Assembly: GCA_025594325.1 (NCBI GenBank)
Contig: JANHCV010000019.1
Location: 1-58,780 of the forward strand
Direction: 5' to 3'
Origin: Blastocladiella emersonii ATCC 22665
Lineage: Eukaryota > Fungi > Blastocladiomycota
DNA length: 58,780 bases
The stretch's first letter is position 1; each line of letters begins with the position of its first letter. The notes beneath the pieces are model-generated. The model worked only from the letters and a program-made list of their open reading frames with translations. It did no database searches and had not been told where the DNA came from. This document shows, piece after piece, positions 20,542-31,795 of this stretch. Both the position numbers and the translations under genes were made by a program.

Positions 20542-21541
20542 GGTGAGGGATGGGTGGGATGGGGGATGGGGGATGGGGGATGGATGGGAGAGGGGGGGAT
20601 TGGGCAAGGAGAAGGAAGACGGTCAAGCGCAGGTCATGGCGAGCGCCTGGCGGGGTCGCGCCGAGTTATATGAGCGAGGCGCGGCATCTGGACGCAAGTG
20701 CGCGGGCGGAGGGTGCCTGAGCCAGCAGCGGAGCCATGGTGAGGAGTGGGCCTGCGAGCGCTGAAGGCCGCCGCGTCAGCACCGAGGAGCCAGTCTGTGG
20801 CTGGGAGTGACGGGCTCCAAATCGGCGATGCGGGCGAGCTGCGTGAGAAGCAATGCATTGGTTCATAGGGCAATGGTTGGTGCAACCTCGGGAGCGAGAG
20901 CCGGCGAGGTCAGGCAGGACGACGACAACAGGGTGACAGGGTGGCGGCAGCCCTTTGGTGGCGGCTGCGAGACAGCGCGAATCAGGCACGTGCCCCGAAA
21001 CCGCGGGAACCGCCGGGTGTCCGCCGCGCTCACCGCTTTCACGCCGCGCTCCACGCCGCGCCTGGTCCAGAAAAAAATTCTGACCGATCAATTTTTTTCT
21101 CTCACTGCGCAACCTCTCCATTTTCATATACTCTTTGATTTTTATAATTTTTCTCTTTTCCTCTTACGTAATCTCCTCCAAGTTATATTTACAATCAATT
21201 AATTGTAATCTGTCCAACCTGGTTGTTTAATTCAATTGTTGCTGATGCACTGCAGTGCTTGGCTCGGCGCCCCTTTTGCCCGCTTCTGCCAGCAGCAGCC
21301 TTGCCTTGACAATCGACACAATAAGGGCCCGTTTGGTTCAGATCAGGTGGATCAGCTGAAAAAGTTGCCACGTTTCACCTCACCCCCGTTCATCTCAGCG
21401 GCCGTGCGAACCAAACGCCCCGCTGGATGAACGCCCCTCCCCCCCCCCGCAATAAAATCTTTCCCACCTCTTTGCAGCCGCACTTATTGCAACGAATCAA
21501 CACCTAACCTCACGCATCGTGTTCTCGAGCCCTCAAACAAC

Positions 21542-22859
21542 ATGGGCAAGGGATACAACCGCAAGCTGCGCGGCCTAATGCTCACAGCCGCCCTCGCTCT
21601 CCTGCGACGTCTCGCTGCTCGCAACGAGCGCCGCTCGTGGGAGCCTATCCGCACGTCCACGCTTTCTGGCGAGTCGTGGGTTCAAGAGCTGCTGACGTGC
21701 AACAGCAAAACGCGTTTTTCGGAAATCGCCCGTATGCCCCGCGAGACCTTCAAGGCCATCTGCCGCCTGTTCCGCGACCGTGGCCTTCTCACCGACGGCC
21801 GCGAGCTGTCCGTCGAGGCGCGCTTCATGGTTTTTCTTGTCATGGCCGGCGAGGGCAGCACCAACCGCAACCTCAGGGAGCGGTTCCAAATCTCTGGCGA
21901 GACCGCGTCCAGGGTTCTGAAGCAGGTGCTCGACGCTCTGTACCGCCTGATGCCCGAGTTCATTGTCCAGCCGTCCGATTCTACGCCCGTGCATGAGCGC
22001 ATCGCCCACGACCCGAAATACGCTCCGTTCCAGAACGCGGTCGGCGCGCTTGACGGAACGCACATCCCGTTTGTTGTGCCCGCCAAGCTTCACGACTCGT
22101 TCCGAAACCGCAAGGGGACCATCTCCTCAAATGTCCTCGCTGCCTGCGACTTTGACTTGAACTTCACCTACGTTCTCGCAGGGTGGGAGGGCAAGGCGCA
22201 CGACTCGCGCGTGCTCTCGGACGCCTTCGCCCGTGGGTTCAAGATCCCCGCCGGCCGCTTCTACCTCGCCGACGGCGGCTACGCAAACCGCACGTCCATC
22301 ATCGTGCCCTTCAGCGGTACCCGCTATCATCTTCGCGAGTTTGCCCGCGGCAAGGATGGGTACGTTCTCACTGCCATGACCATCACGTTGGCGCCATCTC
22401 ATCTGCTTCACCAACGTACGTAGAGTTAAGAACCGCGAAGAGCTTTTCAATCTGCGTCACGCGTCGCTCCGCAACTCCATTGAGCATATCTTTGGCGTGC
22501 TCAAGAAGCGGTTCCGCGTCCTCTCGATTGGCGCGGCCTACCCAATCAAGACTCAAGTCAAGCTTGTGTACGCGCTCTGCACGCTGCACAACATGATCAA
22601 CAAGTGGAACCAAGGCGGCGACGCCTTCTTTCGCGACGCCGAGACGGAGCTCCGGCGCGCGCGGGACGCGGCGCGTGAGGCGCCAGTACGTGGGCACGAG
22701 CCCCTGGACGATGAGAACGAGGAGGACGACGAGGCCGCTGTCCTCGAAGCCTCGCTGGACGGAGCTCGTCAGCGCGGTATCTCGCTTCGGAACCGCGTCG
22801 CAAATGTTCTTTGGACCGAGTACAGGTGCGTCATGGCCGCTCGTGGGACCCGTCTTTGA
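21542..22859 (+). CDS. PIF/Harbinger DDE transposase (spliced, 417 aa)
   Basis: Exons 21542-22359 and 22424-22859 (64-bp intron GTACGT...CGTAG). Motifs GALDGTHIP, NVLAACDFDLNFTYVLAGWEGKAHDSRV, YLADGGY and FNLRHASLRNSIEHIFGVLKKRF. Confidence 0.92.
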
Positions 22860-23172
22860 AGGCGCGAAATAATTGTTGTACCCGCATGCATGCTGTAATA
22901 TACTGATTTGTCAAGTACTATAACGTTAGATAAGCGATTCCAGATGATTTGACGCGTCGCTGAGGTCAGAACGCATCGGTGGAGACGCGTCGATCAATCA
23001 CGTGACGTGCGAGACACTTTGAGAACCACGCGTTTCTCAACGAGTCGCGTCATTTTCGAGCGAAGGGTAACGATTGAAGATACGATGGACACAAAGCCAG
23101 ATGTATTGGACACAAATGGGCGAGAACAAGGCCAGGAAGCAACGCGAGGGGAGGGGGACATGTGCGAGAGAG

Positions 23173-24302
23173 CTACTGAATGAAAAACTCGAGGACGCGC
23201 TTGCGCTTCGATTCGGACACGGCCATGACGCGAAGCGCTTGATCCTCGGTCAGGCGGGTGGCGACGTCGATCTGGTACTCTTCATTGTCGTTGTACGCGT
23301 CCTGGACCCATTCAAGTGCGGCGGTCAGAACGGGCTTGGAGTCGGCGGTTGAGACGCTCTGGAACACCTCCTTGATGCCCATGAGGAATTCCGAGTCCGA
23401 GAGGCGACGCGAGCTGCTGTCCGAAGTGCGGCTGCGCTTGCTGGCGGGGGCCGCGTCGTCTTGACCATCAACACCTTCCACGTCACCAGACTCCTTGCCG
23501 TCCTGCTCGAGGTGCGAGTACTTGCCGGTGGCGGTCGAGCTGCCCCACAGCATGTTGGCCTTCTTGTAGTACGGGAAGGGCTTGCAGCCCGCAGTCAGCT
23601 CCTCCTTGAGCTCTGCCTACAATTGAAGCAGGCCAGGCGCTGTTAGCTCGCCGCGAGTTGACGCGTAACGATATTGAACAAACGTACCGAGAGATCGTTC
23701 CAGAACTCCTCTGGCACGTCGACCGTGCACTCACCCTCATTCCAGGTGCAGCCGTTGCCCGAGTACGACAGAAGCCGTTTTACGGCGCGAAAACAAGTGC
23801 GAAGCTGGAGCCGAACGCTGACGTTGTTAGCGCTACGGTTGACGCGTGTCCGCAAGACAAAGCGTACGTATGTCACGCGGTTCTTGACCTGCTCCGCCGT
23901 AAACTGCATGTTGAACTCGCCCGACAGGGCCTGGGCAATCGACACACGGTGCTGGGCCTTGAGCGTGTTGCTGTCGCCGAGCACGCCGTCGTCAGCGAGG
24001 TTGCAGAAGTGGTCGAGGAGGAAGTTGGTCGACGCGGAGCAGAAGGTGGCCTTGCCGCCGCTGGCCTTGCCGCTGCTGGCCTTGCTGCCACTGGCCTTGC
24101 GCTTGCTTGGCTTGGCGATGGTCACGGGCGGCAGCGGGTTGGTCGGCGTGACAGCAGCGTTGCCGTCGCTCCCAGCAGCGTCGTCATCTGCATCCTCGTC
24201 GCTATCGGCGGGCGGCGGCGGGATTTCGGGCACGTTCTTGACGATCTCCTCGATGGACATGGCCGTACGGCCAGCGCGCTTTTTGCTTGACGGGGGAGCC
24301 AT
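23173..24302 (-). CDS. Myb/SANT-like DNA-binding protein (ORF2 of PIF element 2; spliced, 331 aa)
   Basis: Exons 24302-23868, 23804-23688 and 23616-23173. Joined sequence ...FTAEQVKNRVTY|LRTCFRAVKRLLSYSGNGCTWNEGECTVDVPEEFWNDLS|AELKEELTAGCKPFPYYKKANMLWGSSTATG matches the Harbinger-type Myb/SANT pattern. Confidence 0.88.
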
Positions 24303-25865
24303 TCTTTTCGGCTTTGAGGGAGGACGGGGGAGAGAGAGCGAGTTACTTTGGAGGGAAACGGCGTTTATATAGGCCGGGGAGCACAGCCTGAAGGTTTCGG
24401 GGGCGAGCAGACGGGCGATTCAGCGACGAGGGTTCCATTCAGCTCACCCGGGGGTTGAACCAAACGCCGCGATGAACACGACGGGGTGAAAATGCCACGT
24501 TTCAGCTGGGTGAACACCGGACCGTGTAAAATCGATTGATCCACCTGATTCACCCCGGAACCAAACGGGCCCTAAGTGAGAGCAACTGCCCGAGCCCTTG
24601 CAATGCTCAACAGCACCCTTGTTGTGCTGGACCGGTTGACTCTTTGCTGCGTTGCACTGGTTTGCGGTTGTGATCCAGGTTGGTTTCCATCAAGCAAGCC
24701 CCTTGCCTGGTCTCTACACCCTGCTTGTCATTCCCATGTCCTGCCTGTCCCACACCACCCTGCTCTACCATTTCGCTCCTCCTGCCATTTTTGCTGTCTT
24801 GCTTGTCCCTCTCTTATCGCGCTGGCTGTGATTGTTGTCACGCTGTGCTCTCTGCTTCTCAGCCATTTCCCGTCCTCTCCGCACCAACAGTACTGCTGTT
24901 GCCATGTTCAAACTCCCTCTTCTTTTGATTGTGGAAATCTCTTGTGTACCGTTCACATATCTGGCCATTCTTGTGCTAGACCTTTTGCCTCTTTGCTGCG
25001 TTGGGTCGGTTGGTATTTGTGATCCACTTGTGGTTGCAGATTTATCCTTATAGTGTTGTGCCACCACCACCAGCAGCAGCACCACCACCATTGGCAACCT
25101 TTGCTGCAGATGGCTACGCTCTGTGGTTGCGTTGCACCGCCCTATCTTGCACAGAGCGACTGAGGTCCACCTCCTTGACATACTTTGTTGTTGCAAACGA
25201 TTGCTGAAATCTCACCTGGTGAAGAATTCACAGCTCATTTCTGTTACAGTTGCTTGCTATTGCTGCTCTCTGTTTTATCCCACGCCCTCCTGCCTGTGTT
25301 GCTGGTTTGCTGCTTTGACTTCCTACGCTGCTTTGCTGCACCTGCTTACTGTCCCTTCTCGCACTTTGTCCAGTTTTTGCAGCGCCTGCTTGGTGCGCAC
25401 GCGCTTCCCCTCTCTGGCCATCACCTACGTTGCTCCCACCCTTAGCTGTTCTGGTTGTCAGCTCAATCCTTGTCTAGTCCCTTGGCCCAACTGCAGCCAA
25501 GTTTACCTCAGCTTTCTCGGCTTCCATTTCTGCCTGGTTGCCTGCTTGCTTGATTTGCTCATCAACTCCATGGTCCTGGTGGTCTGTCTGCATTGTTCAT
25601 GCCACACACCTCCTGTAGCTGCTGTTGTTGTAATTAACTGTTGTTTCCACGTCCTGCTCCTCCACGTAGTTGCACGTGCATGTGTCACTAATGCTTGTCA
25701 TCTACGTTTGTTTGCCTTTGCCTTAGTTTGCCATGGCCCCGCTCCAGCTCATTGAGCTTCACAGTCTCACAAGTTACACGCTGTCTGTGGCCGCCTGCCA
25801 ACATGCCTTGTTCCTTCCTTTCCATTCGCTCTACCCACCCAGTCTTAGCCATGTCATGCGCGCGC

Positions 25866-26034
25866 GCACTTGCCCAATTTGCTTGAGTTGCCCCTAGGCA
25901 GCCAGGATGGCATAGTCGAGTCCTAGTGCATGTTTGCCTGGATAGAACCACTGAGTGTTCGATTCCAGGCAGCATGCGCGCTTTTGTTGCGTTTTGTGAA
26001 TCGATTTCCATTTCCATTCCATTTTACATTTTCA
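25866..26034 (+). repeat. Dispersed repeat, copy 2
   Basis: Diverged direct repeat of 17029-17217. Confidence 0.75.
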
Positions 26035-27058
26035 GAGCGCCCTTACCATTTCGTGCTTGACCGCCCTGCTCCTTGTTCGCTGCTGCCGTTTGTTCCACAA
26101 TCCTTTTGCAAGGCCGCGAGCAGGAGGAAAAAAAAATACAGAAAAGGTTTTTGGCAACTGGTAGCGTTTGCAACTGCTCCCCTCTGTGTGCTGGGCTTTC
26201 AATAGAGACGTTACAGAAAACGAGTGCCTTGTTTCACTCCACGCCTCGGCCATTCTCCAATGAATAATGCAATGGGCTCTATTTGCTTCGTTCAGCTCGA
26301 ATGTACATAAGATATCAGGATGGATCGCGCGCCACGCATGTGATCCGAAGGAAAAGAGGTGGTCCGCGGCTCAAAACGCCAGTTCGAGGCAACGGACACC
26401 TTGCGCTCTTTCGTTCGAGCGAAGATGTTACCATTGTGGCCTGCCCTCAGACTGGCCCGGCATCGTGGGCTGTACGATATCAATGAAGCACCATGTAAAT
26501 CCCCTCTGCAAAAAGTGGAGGCCCTACGAAAAACCATGCATCAACTCGTGCAGCCGTCTTGGGTCTCGACTGGCGCACTGTTGCTGTCGGCAACAACTCG
26601 GGCTTCACACCGGGCGGGCGAGGCGTGCTCTTGTGCGTCGGACATCCGCCTGGTGGTCTGGCGTTGCGCGCGCATGGCCGACCCGCGGTGGGACCGCCCA
26701 CGCGCCTTGCAGCGCGCGGGTGGGTCATGCGCTCACTCAGTGGTCCGCTCCGCGCGGGCTGCGGGTGGCACGGAATTTTCCCTCGCCACGGATTAATGGC
26801 CACGACGTTCACTCGCCTCTGTGCCAGCGGACACGCCAAACCATCCGCACGTTTGGGTCGCGATGGGCGCTGCGGAGTGTTTAGGGGTCGCTTGACTTTG
26901 ATTTACTCTGTGGCGTTTGTCTTTGGTGCGTGGTCAACAACTTTCTCCATCCCCCCCTTGGGCTGTCCTAGTTCGCAGGCTCACGACTCTCGCTCGCACC
27001 TCGCTAGTAGAGATGGAGATCAACGAAATTTTTTGACACTGTCCCGCCAACCGCGCCG

Positions 27059-28450
27059 TTGGCCGGCGCCACCGCCGCGGCCCTTGCGCTTCCCCCACCA
27101 GTTGTACTCGACAACAACATCCCGGAAGAGCTCAGCGCCGGCGACGACCAGGCCGTGTTTTCTGATCCCGAGGGTACGGGTGATTCCAACCCAGAGGACA
27201 AGGAGGGCGGCCTTGACAGGCTCTTGGAGTCCGACGAGGAGGCAGGCGGTGACAACGCGTCCTTGGTCAAGGACGAGCCTGGTTTGCCGCTGTTGCCGGG
27301 GTACTCGCCGTTGACGCCGGGGTACACACTGGCGTCACCAAGCGTCGCACCCTCGTCACCGGCCTTTGACCCACTGCGTTCACTGTCACTGCCGCCGTCG
27401 ACGCCCGCCTCAGGCGCCGGGAAGGTGGAGGCGGTGTCCGTGCTGCACCAGGTCCTCGACGCGGTCAACAACTTCAGCCAGCAGCTCGGCAAGGTGACCA
27501 AGGAGCTCAAGACCATGGAGGCCAAGCGGGTCGCCAACCGCAAGCGCATTGACAAGCGCCTTGACGACACCAAGAAGCGGGCCGCCGACAGCGTGCGCGA
27601 GTTCCACCGCGTCCTCGCTAACATCGCGCCGCTCCAGACAGGTCACAACACGGGTATTGACACAATCGACAAGGCAAACACGACCGAGGGGACGTTCCCG
27701 TTGTGCAAGAAGGTCATGCACCTGGACCCGCTCGACTTCACGTACATGGCCCAGCAGATGTGGGCCGCGCTCCACGCGGTCAAGTGGTAAAAGCTGTACA
27801 CGCCCCCAGAGCTGCAGGAGGAGATCCGCTGGTGGCTCGTAATGCGCAAGAAGGACGTCCGACCTGATTGGCGCTTGCGCGAGGACTCGACGTTGATCAC
27901 GGCTGTCATCAACCTTGTGTAGAAGGGCATCAAGGGCTTGGTCACCGTGCACAACAAGGCCGCCGCCATGGGTGCCCTGCGGCTGTTGCTGGAGCCGTGC
28001 TTCCGTCCCCTTTGCAACGCCGTGCGCATGCTCGCCCACATGCTCCACGCCAAGACCAAGGCCAAGCGCAAGCGCATCACCAAGGCGCTTGGCGTCACAG
28101 ACATGTTTGACCCGGCGGCAATCCAGGTCGCGCGCAAGTCAGTCAACAACACGCCATACCTCATGGGCGACTCAAACACCTTTGTCGAGAAGATCCGCAA
28201 CACGCAGTCGCTCGCCAGTATCTTTGAGGGCGACAAGGGTGGCAAGCGCACCTTGTTGTCCGCAGGTCTCAGCATGCCTGCCGCCGCCAAGCGCGGTAAG
28301 TCCAAGGCAGGGCGCGGCCCATTGTCCTTGTTGGGCTTGGGTTTGGGCTTGTTGGCCGCCCCGTCCAAGGCCAAGGCCTTGAAGAAGCCCGCGCAGAAGC
28401 CGACCGCCAAGGGCAAGGCCAAGAGGAAGGCCAAGGATCGCAGTTTGTGA
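27059..28450 (+). pseudogene. DIRS ORF1 (gag-like) with two in-frame stops
   Basis: ORFs 27059-27790 and 27938-28450 are in one frame, broken by TAA 27788-27790 and TAG 27920-27922. Lys-rich C-terminus. Assigned by position. Confidence 0.65.
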
Positions 28451-28530
28451 TTTTGCTCATTTTCCCCTTATAAAAACGGCTTCGCTGCTCTACGCACCTC
28501 GATCTCTTGCGTTCAGAACACTCATGAGAG

Positions 28531-30785
28531 TTGGTCCTCGTTGAACTTCTTGGGTTAGAAATGGAAGCGACTCGCGCGCAGATCGCGGTCACCTGGGTCG
28601 CGCGGCTGATCACTGCTGTGGACTCGATTGTGACGGCACCTGCCCCGCCTGTTCCGCAACTCGTCGTCGACCCCAACGCTGCCGAGCTCATGTTCCCGCA
28701 CCTGCGCCCCGACCTGCCAGTGGGCGGTCGCCTGCGGCACTTCTCGGACGCGTGGGACGCTGTGATGACAAACACAGTGGTTCGCAACATTGTGGCCAAC
28801 AGGGTACGCCTCTTCACGCACGACTTGCCGCAAAAAGGTCCTGTGCCGCCGCCGTACGTGCTCTCTTGCAACGACGAGCTCGCGCTCGAGTCTGAGATGG
28901 ACGCACTGGCAGCCAAGGGCGCGGGCGTGCGGTGCAACGTACCGCGCGTCGCGGCGGCGGGCCAGCAGTGGTCCAACGCGTTTGTTGTGCACCAGGCTGA
29001 CAAGGTCCGCCCAATCGCCAACTACAGACCCCTCAACATGTGCATGTCAACAACAGGTTTTTGCATGGAGACAATCTCAGACATCCGCGCGGCGCTCCCG
29101 GGCCACACTCACATGGCGTCAGTGGACATCTTGGACGCGTACCTCCACGTGCCGCTGCACCAGTCGGCGTCGGAGCTCATGCGGATCCAGCTCGCATTGA
29201 CGGGTTTCCGGCCGACGTCGCTCATGTTTGGCGTGAACGTGGCGCCACGCCTGTTCACCAAGGTCCTGTGGGAGCCGCTCTTGTGGCTACGCTTGCAGGG
29301 CGTGGTGGTCTTTGCCTACCTGGACGACCTGCTGATACTGGGGCGGTTGGCCAAGGAGTGCTGGCGTGGTGTTGTGCTGACGGCGCGTCTACTGCAGACG
29401 CTCAGGTTCCTCATCAAGTGGCGCAAGTCGACGCTACTGCCGTCTACAACCATTGACACCTGGGCTGGCACCTCAACCTGTCAGCGGGCACGCTCTTGGT
29501 GCCAGTGGACCGCGTCAAGTTGATGCGGGAGCGACTCCAGTCGCTGCACGGGTCACCGCAACACCCAGCTCGCTGCTGGGCCTCAATCCTCGGTCGGCTC
29601 GAGTTGATGTCGCCGGCGTACCCAGGCATGCGGGTGTACCTCCAGCGGCTGCAGAAGGAACTGGCCGACACGGTCAACGACTCGGGTTTGTGGGCAACGT
29701 TGGTGATGGCGTCGGACGAGATCATGTCAGACCTTGACTTGCTGCGCATGATCCTACGCAAGGGCGAGGGAGTCCTGTTTGTGCCGAAGCCTTCAACAAT
29801 CACAATCCGCACAGACTTGAGCGGTCGCGGGTGGGGCGCCTGCTGCCACCTGGATGGGTCGCTGGTCTGCATGGGCCAACTGTGGACGTTGGAGGAGCTC
29901 GCGCTGGCGCGTCTTCGCCGGACCGCGAACCTGCACATCAACACGCTCGAGAGCGCGGCGGTTCTTTGGGCTCTGCAGGTCCTCAAGCAAGCCCACGGCG
30001 TGTCGTGGCACAACCAGTCGATCCTCCTCAAGTGCAACAACATGACCACGGTCGCGTACCTCAACAAGGGCGGCGGGACGCGCAGCCTTGAGACCACGGC
30101 GGTCACAAGGACGACGCTGAATTTCCTTTGGGAGGGGAAGGCGACAATCCGCGCAGTCCACCTACCAGGCGTCGAGAACACGGCGGACAAGGACTCGCGC
30201 GTCTTCTCAAACGAACTGCACAACTACATGCTGGTCCGCCCGGTCTTCAAGTGGATCTGCTCGGTGCTGGGGTCACTGACGATCGACCTGTTTGCGGCGC
30301 CGCAGACGCGCCTGCTGCCGAGCTACTGCTTGCGGATCTCGTCGGATGAGGCCATGTCGACAGACGCGTTCCTGCTGCAGTGGGGCAACTTGGGCCTGGC
30401 GTGGGTGCACCCGCTGGTCCCGCTCATCCCGTGGGTGCTCTCAAAGGTCCGCAACGACCGCGCCAAGGTGATCCTGCTGGTTCCCCACTGGCCGGGGGCG
30501 AGGTGGTGGCTGGTGCTGCTGCAGATGCTGTGCAAGGCCCCGCTGCTGGTCGCAATTGACTCGTCAACGTTCAACCGCACCCCATTGGGGCTGCCACCAG
30601 CCACGGCGGCCGTGATCGCCTGTCAATGCTCTGGTCTCAATGGTCCGCTGAGGGCATTCCTCGAGGTGTGCAGAAATACCTTGAGAAAGCGCTCTTGGAC
30701 GGCTCGGTCAAGCAGTACAGCAGCCATTTCAGATGGTACTCGCGCTGGTGCATTGTACGGGGTCACAATCCCTTTGCACCATTGA
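28531..30785 (+). pseudogene. DIRS pol: reverse transcriptase - RNase H - DAM-type methyltransferase-like domain, frameshifted
   Basis: RT motifs DILDAYLHVP, FGVNVAPRLFTK and YLDDLL. A 1-bp loss near 29455-29457 (IxHLGWHL) shifts into the RNase H frame (TDLSGRGWG, HINTLES, CNNMT, HLPGVENTAD). MT-like DLFAAP...DAF...WVHPL...VPHWP follows. Confidence 0.9.
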
Positions 30786-31678
30786 TCGCGGTTCCCTTCA
30801 AGTTCCTGACGCACGAGCACGAGCGTGGGCTTGCCACCTCAACTGTCACGTCGGCCAAGTCGGCGCTGTTGTTGACGCTTGGCCCCATCTTCAACGGCAA
30901 GATGCTCGGCGAGGTCGAGGCGACGGAGACGTTAATGAAAGCCTTCTGCGAAATTCGTCCCAAGGGAGCCGAGGCGGTGCAGAACACGTATGACCCGCAG
31001 CTACGGCTCGACGTGGTTGCAAACTGGGGTCTGGATGAGGACATGCGCATCGACCTGCTCGTGGCCAAGGTCGCGCTCCTGTTCATGGTGTACTCGCGCC
31101 GCCGGCTCTGTACGCTGGTCAAGATCTCCTCCGCCTCGATTGTGGTCAGCAACAACGGCAAGTCGTGGGCAGCGATTGAGGTCAAGCCCAAGGAGCGCAC
31201 AATGAAGGTCAACACCAAGACCATCGAGTTTGACCCCTCGGGCCAGGGTCGTGGTCCCTTGTTCCTGGCGGCATGGCGCTGCTACATGGAGCGGACCAAG
31301 GACGACTGGCTGGAAGGCTGCGACTTGGTGTTCATCACTGTGTCCAAGCCGTACTGCTCGCCAAAGGCGGACACGGTGCGGAACTGGGTCAAGAAGGTCT
31401 TCAAGGAGTCCAACCTGCCCGAGCGCTTCAAGCCCCACTCAATCTGTGCAGCGACAACTACTGAGCTTCTGCTTGCAGGCGTCTCGCCCAAGAAGGTCGC
31501 GGAGGGGATTTGGGCACGAACCACGACTATGTACAAGTACTACAACAAGTTGGCGACACGGAAGTCGGCGCGCAAGACACTGGCCAAGTTGGCGCCTCGC
31601 AAGACGATGGGGTCGGCCACGACCAAGTTGGCGCCAGCCCAGCACGCAAGTCACTGCGGGTGGCAGCCCGGAAGTTGA
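30626..31678 (+). pseudogene. DIRS tyrosine recombinase (open frame; catalytic HxxR Arg changed to Cys)
   Basis: YSRRRLCTL (Arg box), FKPHSIC (HxxR>HxxC, TGT at 31445-31447) and W...TMYKYY (catalytic Tyr region). Overlaps the end of pol as in DIRS elements. Confidence 0.85.
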
Positions 31679-31752
31679 CGCGCTGATTGTGGTTCATATC
31701 GTAACGACGGGAGGAGAGGCCGCGGCCGAATACATTCAGCCGTATCTAGTCA

Positions 31753-31795
31753 CATTGCATTATTCATTGGAGAATGGCCGAGGCCTGGAGTGAAA
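31753..31795. repeat. DIRS internal complementary region (ICR)
   Basis: 42/43 match to 32507-32549 and complementary to 26232-26274. Adjacent hairpins at about 31797-31839 and 31847-31865. Confidence 0.75.

Larger units (their letters stand above)
17218..21119. mobile_element. PIF/Harbinger-superfamily (PHIS) DNA transposon 1 (3902 bp), complete, ATT target duplication
   Basis: Imperfect TIRs starting GGAGAGGTTGCGCAG, with similarity extending about 70-80 bp. ATT at 17215-17217 and 21120-21122. Contains convergent transposase and ORF2. Confidence 0.88.
21325..24572. mobile_element. PIF/Harbinger DNA transposon 2 (3248 bp), complete, TAA target duplication
   Basis: Perfect 15-bp TIR GGGCCCGTTTGGTTC. 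TAA at 21322-21324 and 24573-24575. Convergent transposase and Myb/SANT ORF. Confidence 0.93.
1..26446. repeat. Left arm of giant inverted repeat (reverse complement of 32335-58780; probably continues beyond the window)
   Basis: Every ORF in 1-26.4 kb has a mirror at 58781-x on the opposite strand. The window starts cgcgagtactctacgctgac and ends gtcagcgtagagtactcgcg. Identity ends after ctgccc at 26446/32335. Homopolymer runs checked (T20 near 5424, G13 near 13538, A23 near 13684) are the same length in both arms. Confidence 0.98.

Noticed and set aside
17218-24572. Fanzor/TnpB-like RNA-guided nuclease cargo in the transposons
   Set aside because: No RuvC or zinc-finger motif pattern in any ORF or spliced model I could build. 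Absence was judged by eye; an HMM search would be decisive.
24576-25900. Cys/Leu-rich ORFs (148 and 210 aa)
   Set aside because: The composition reflects TG/CA-rich decayed sequence with no conserved motifs; probably an old TE relic.
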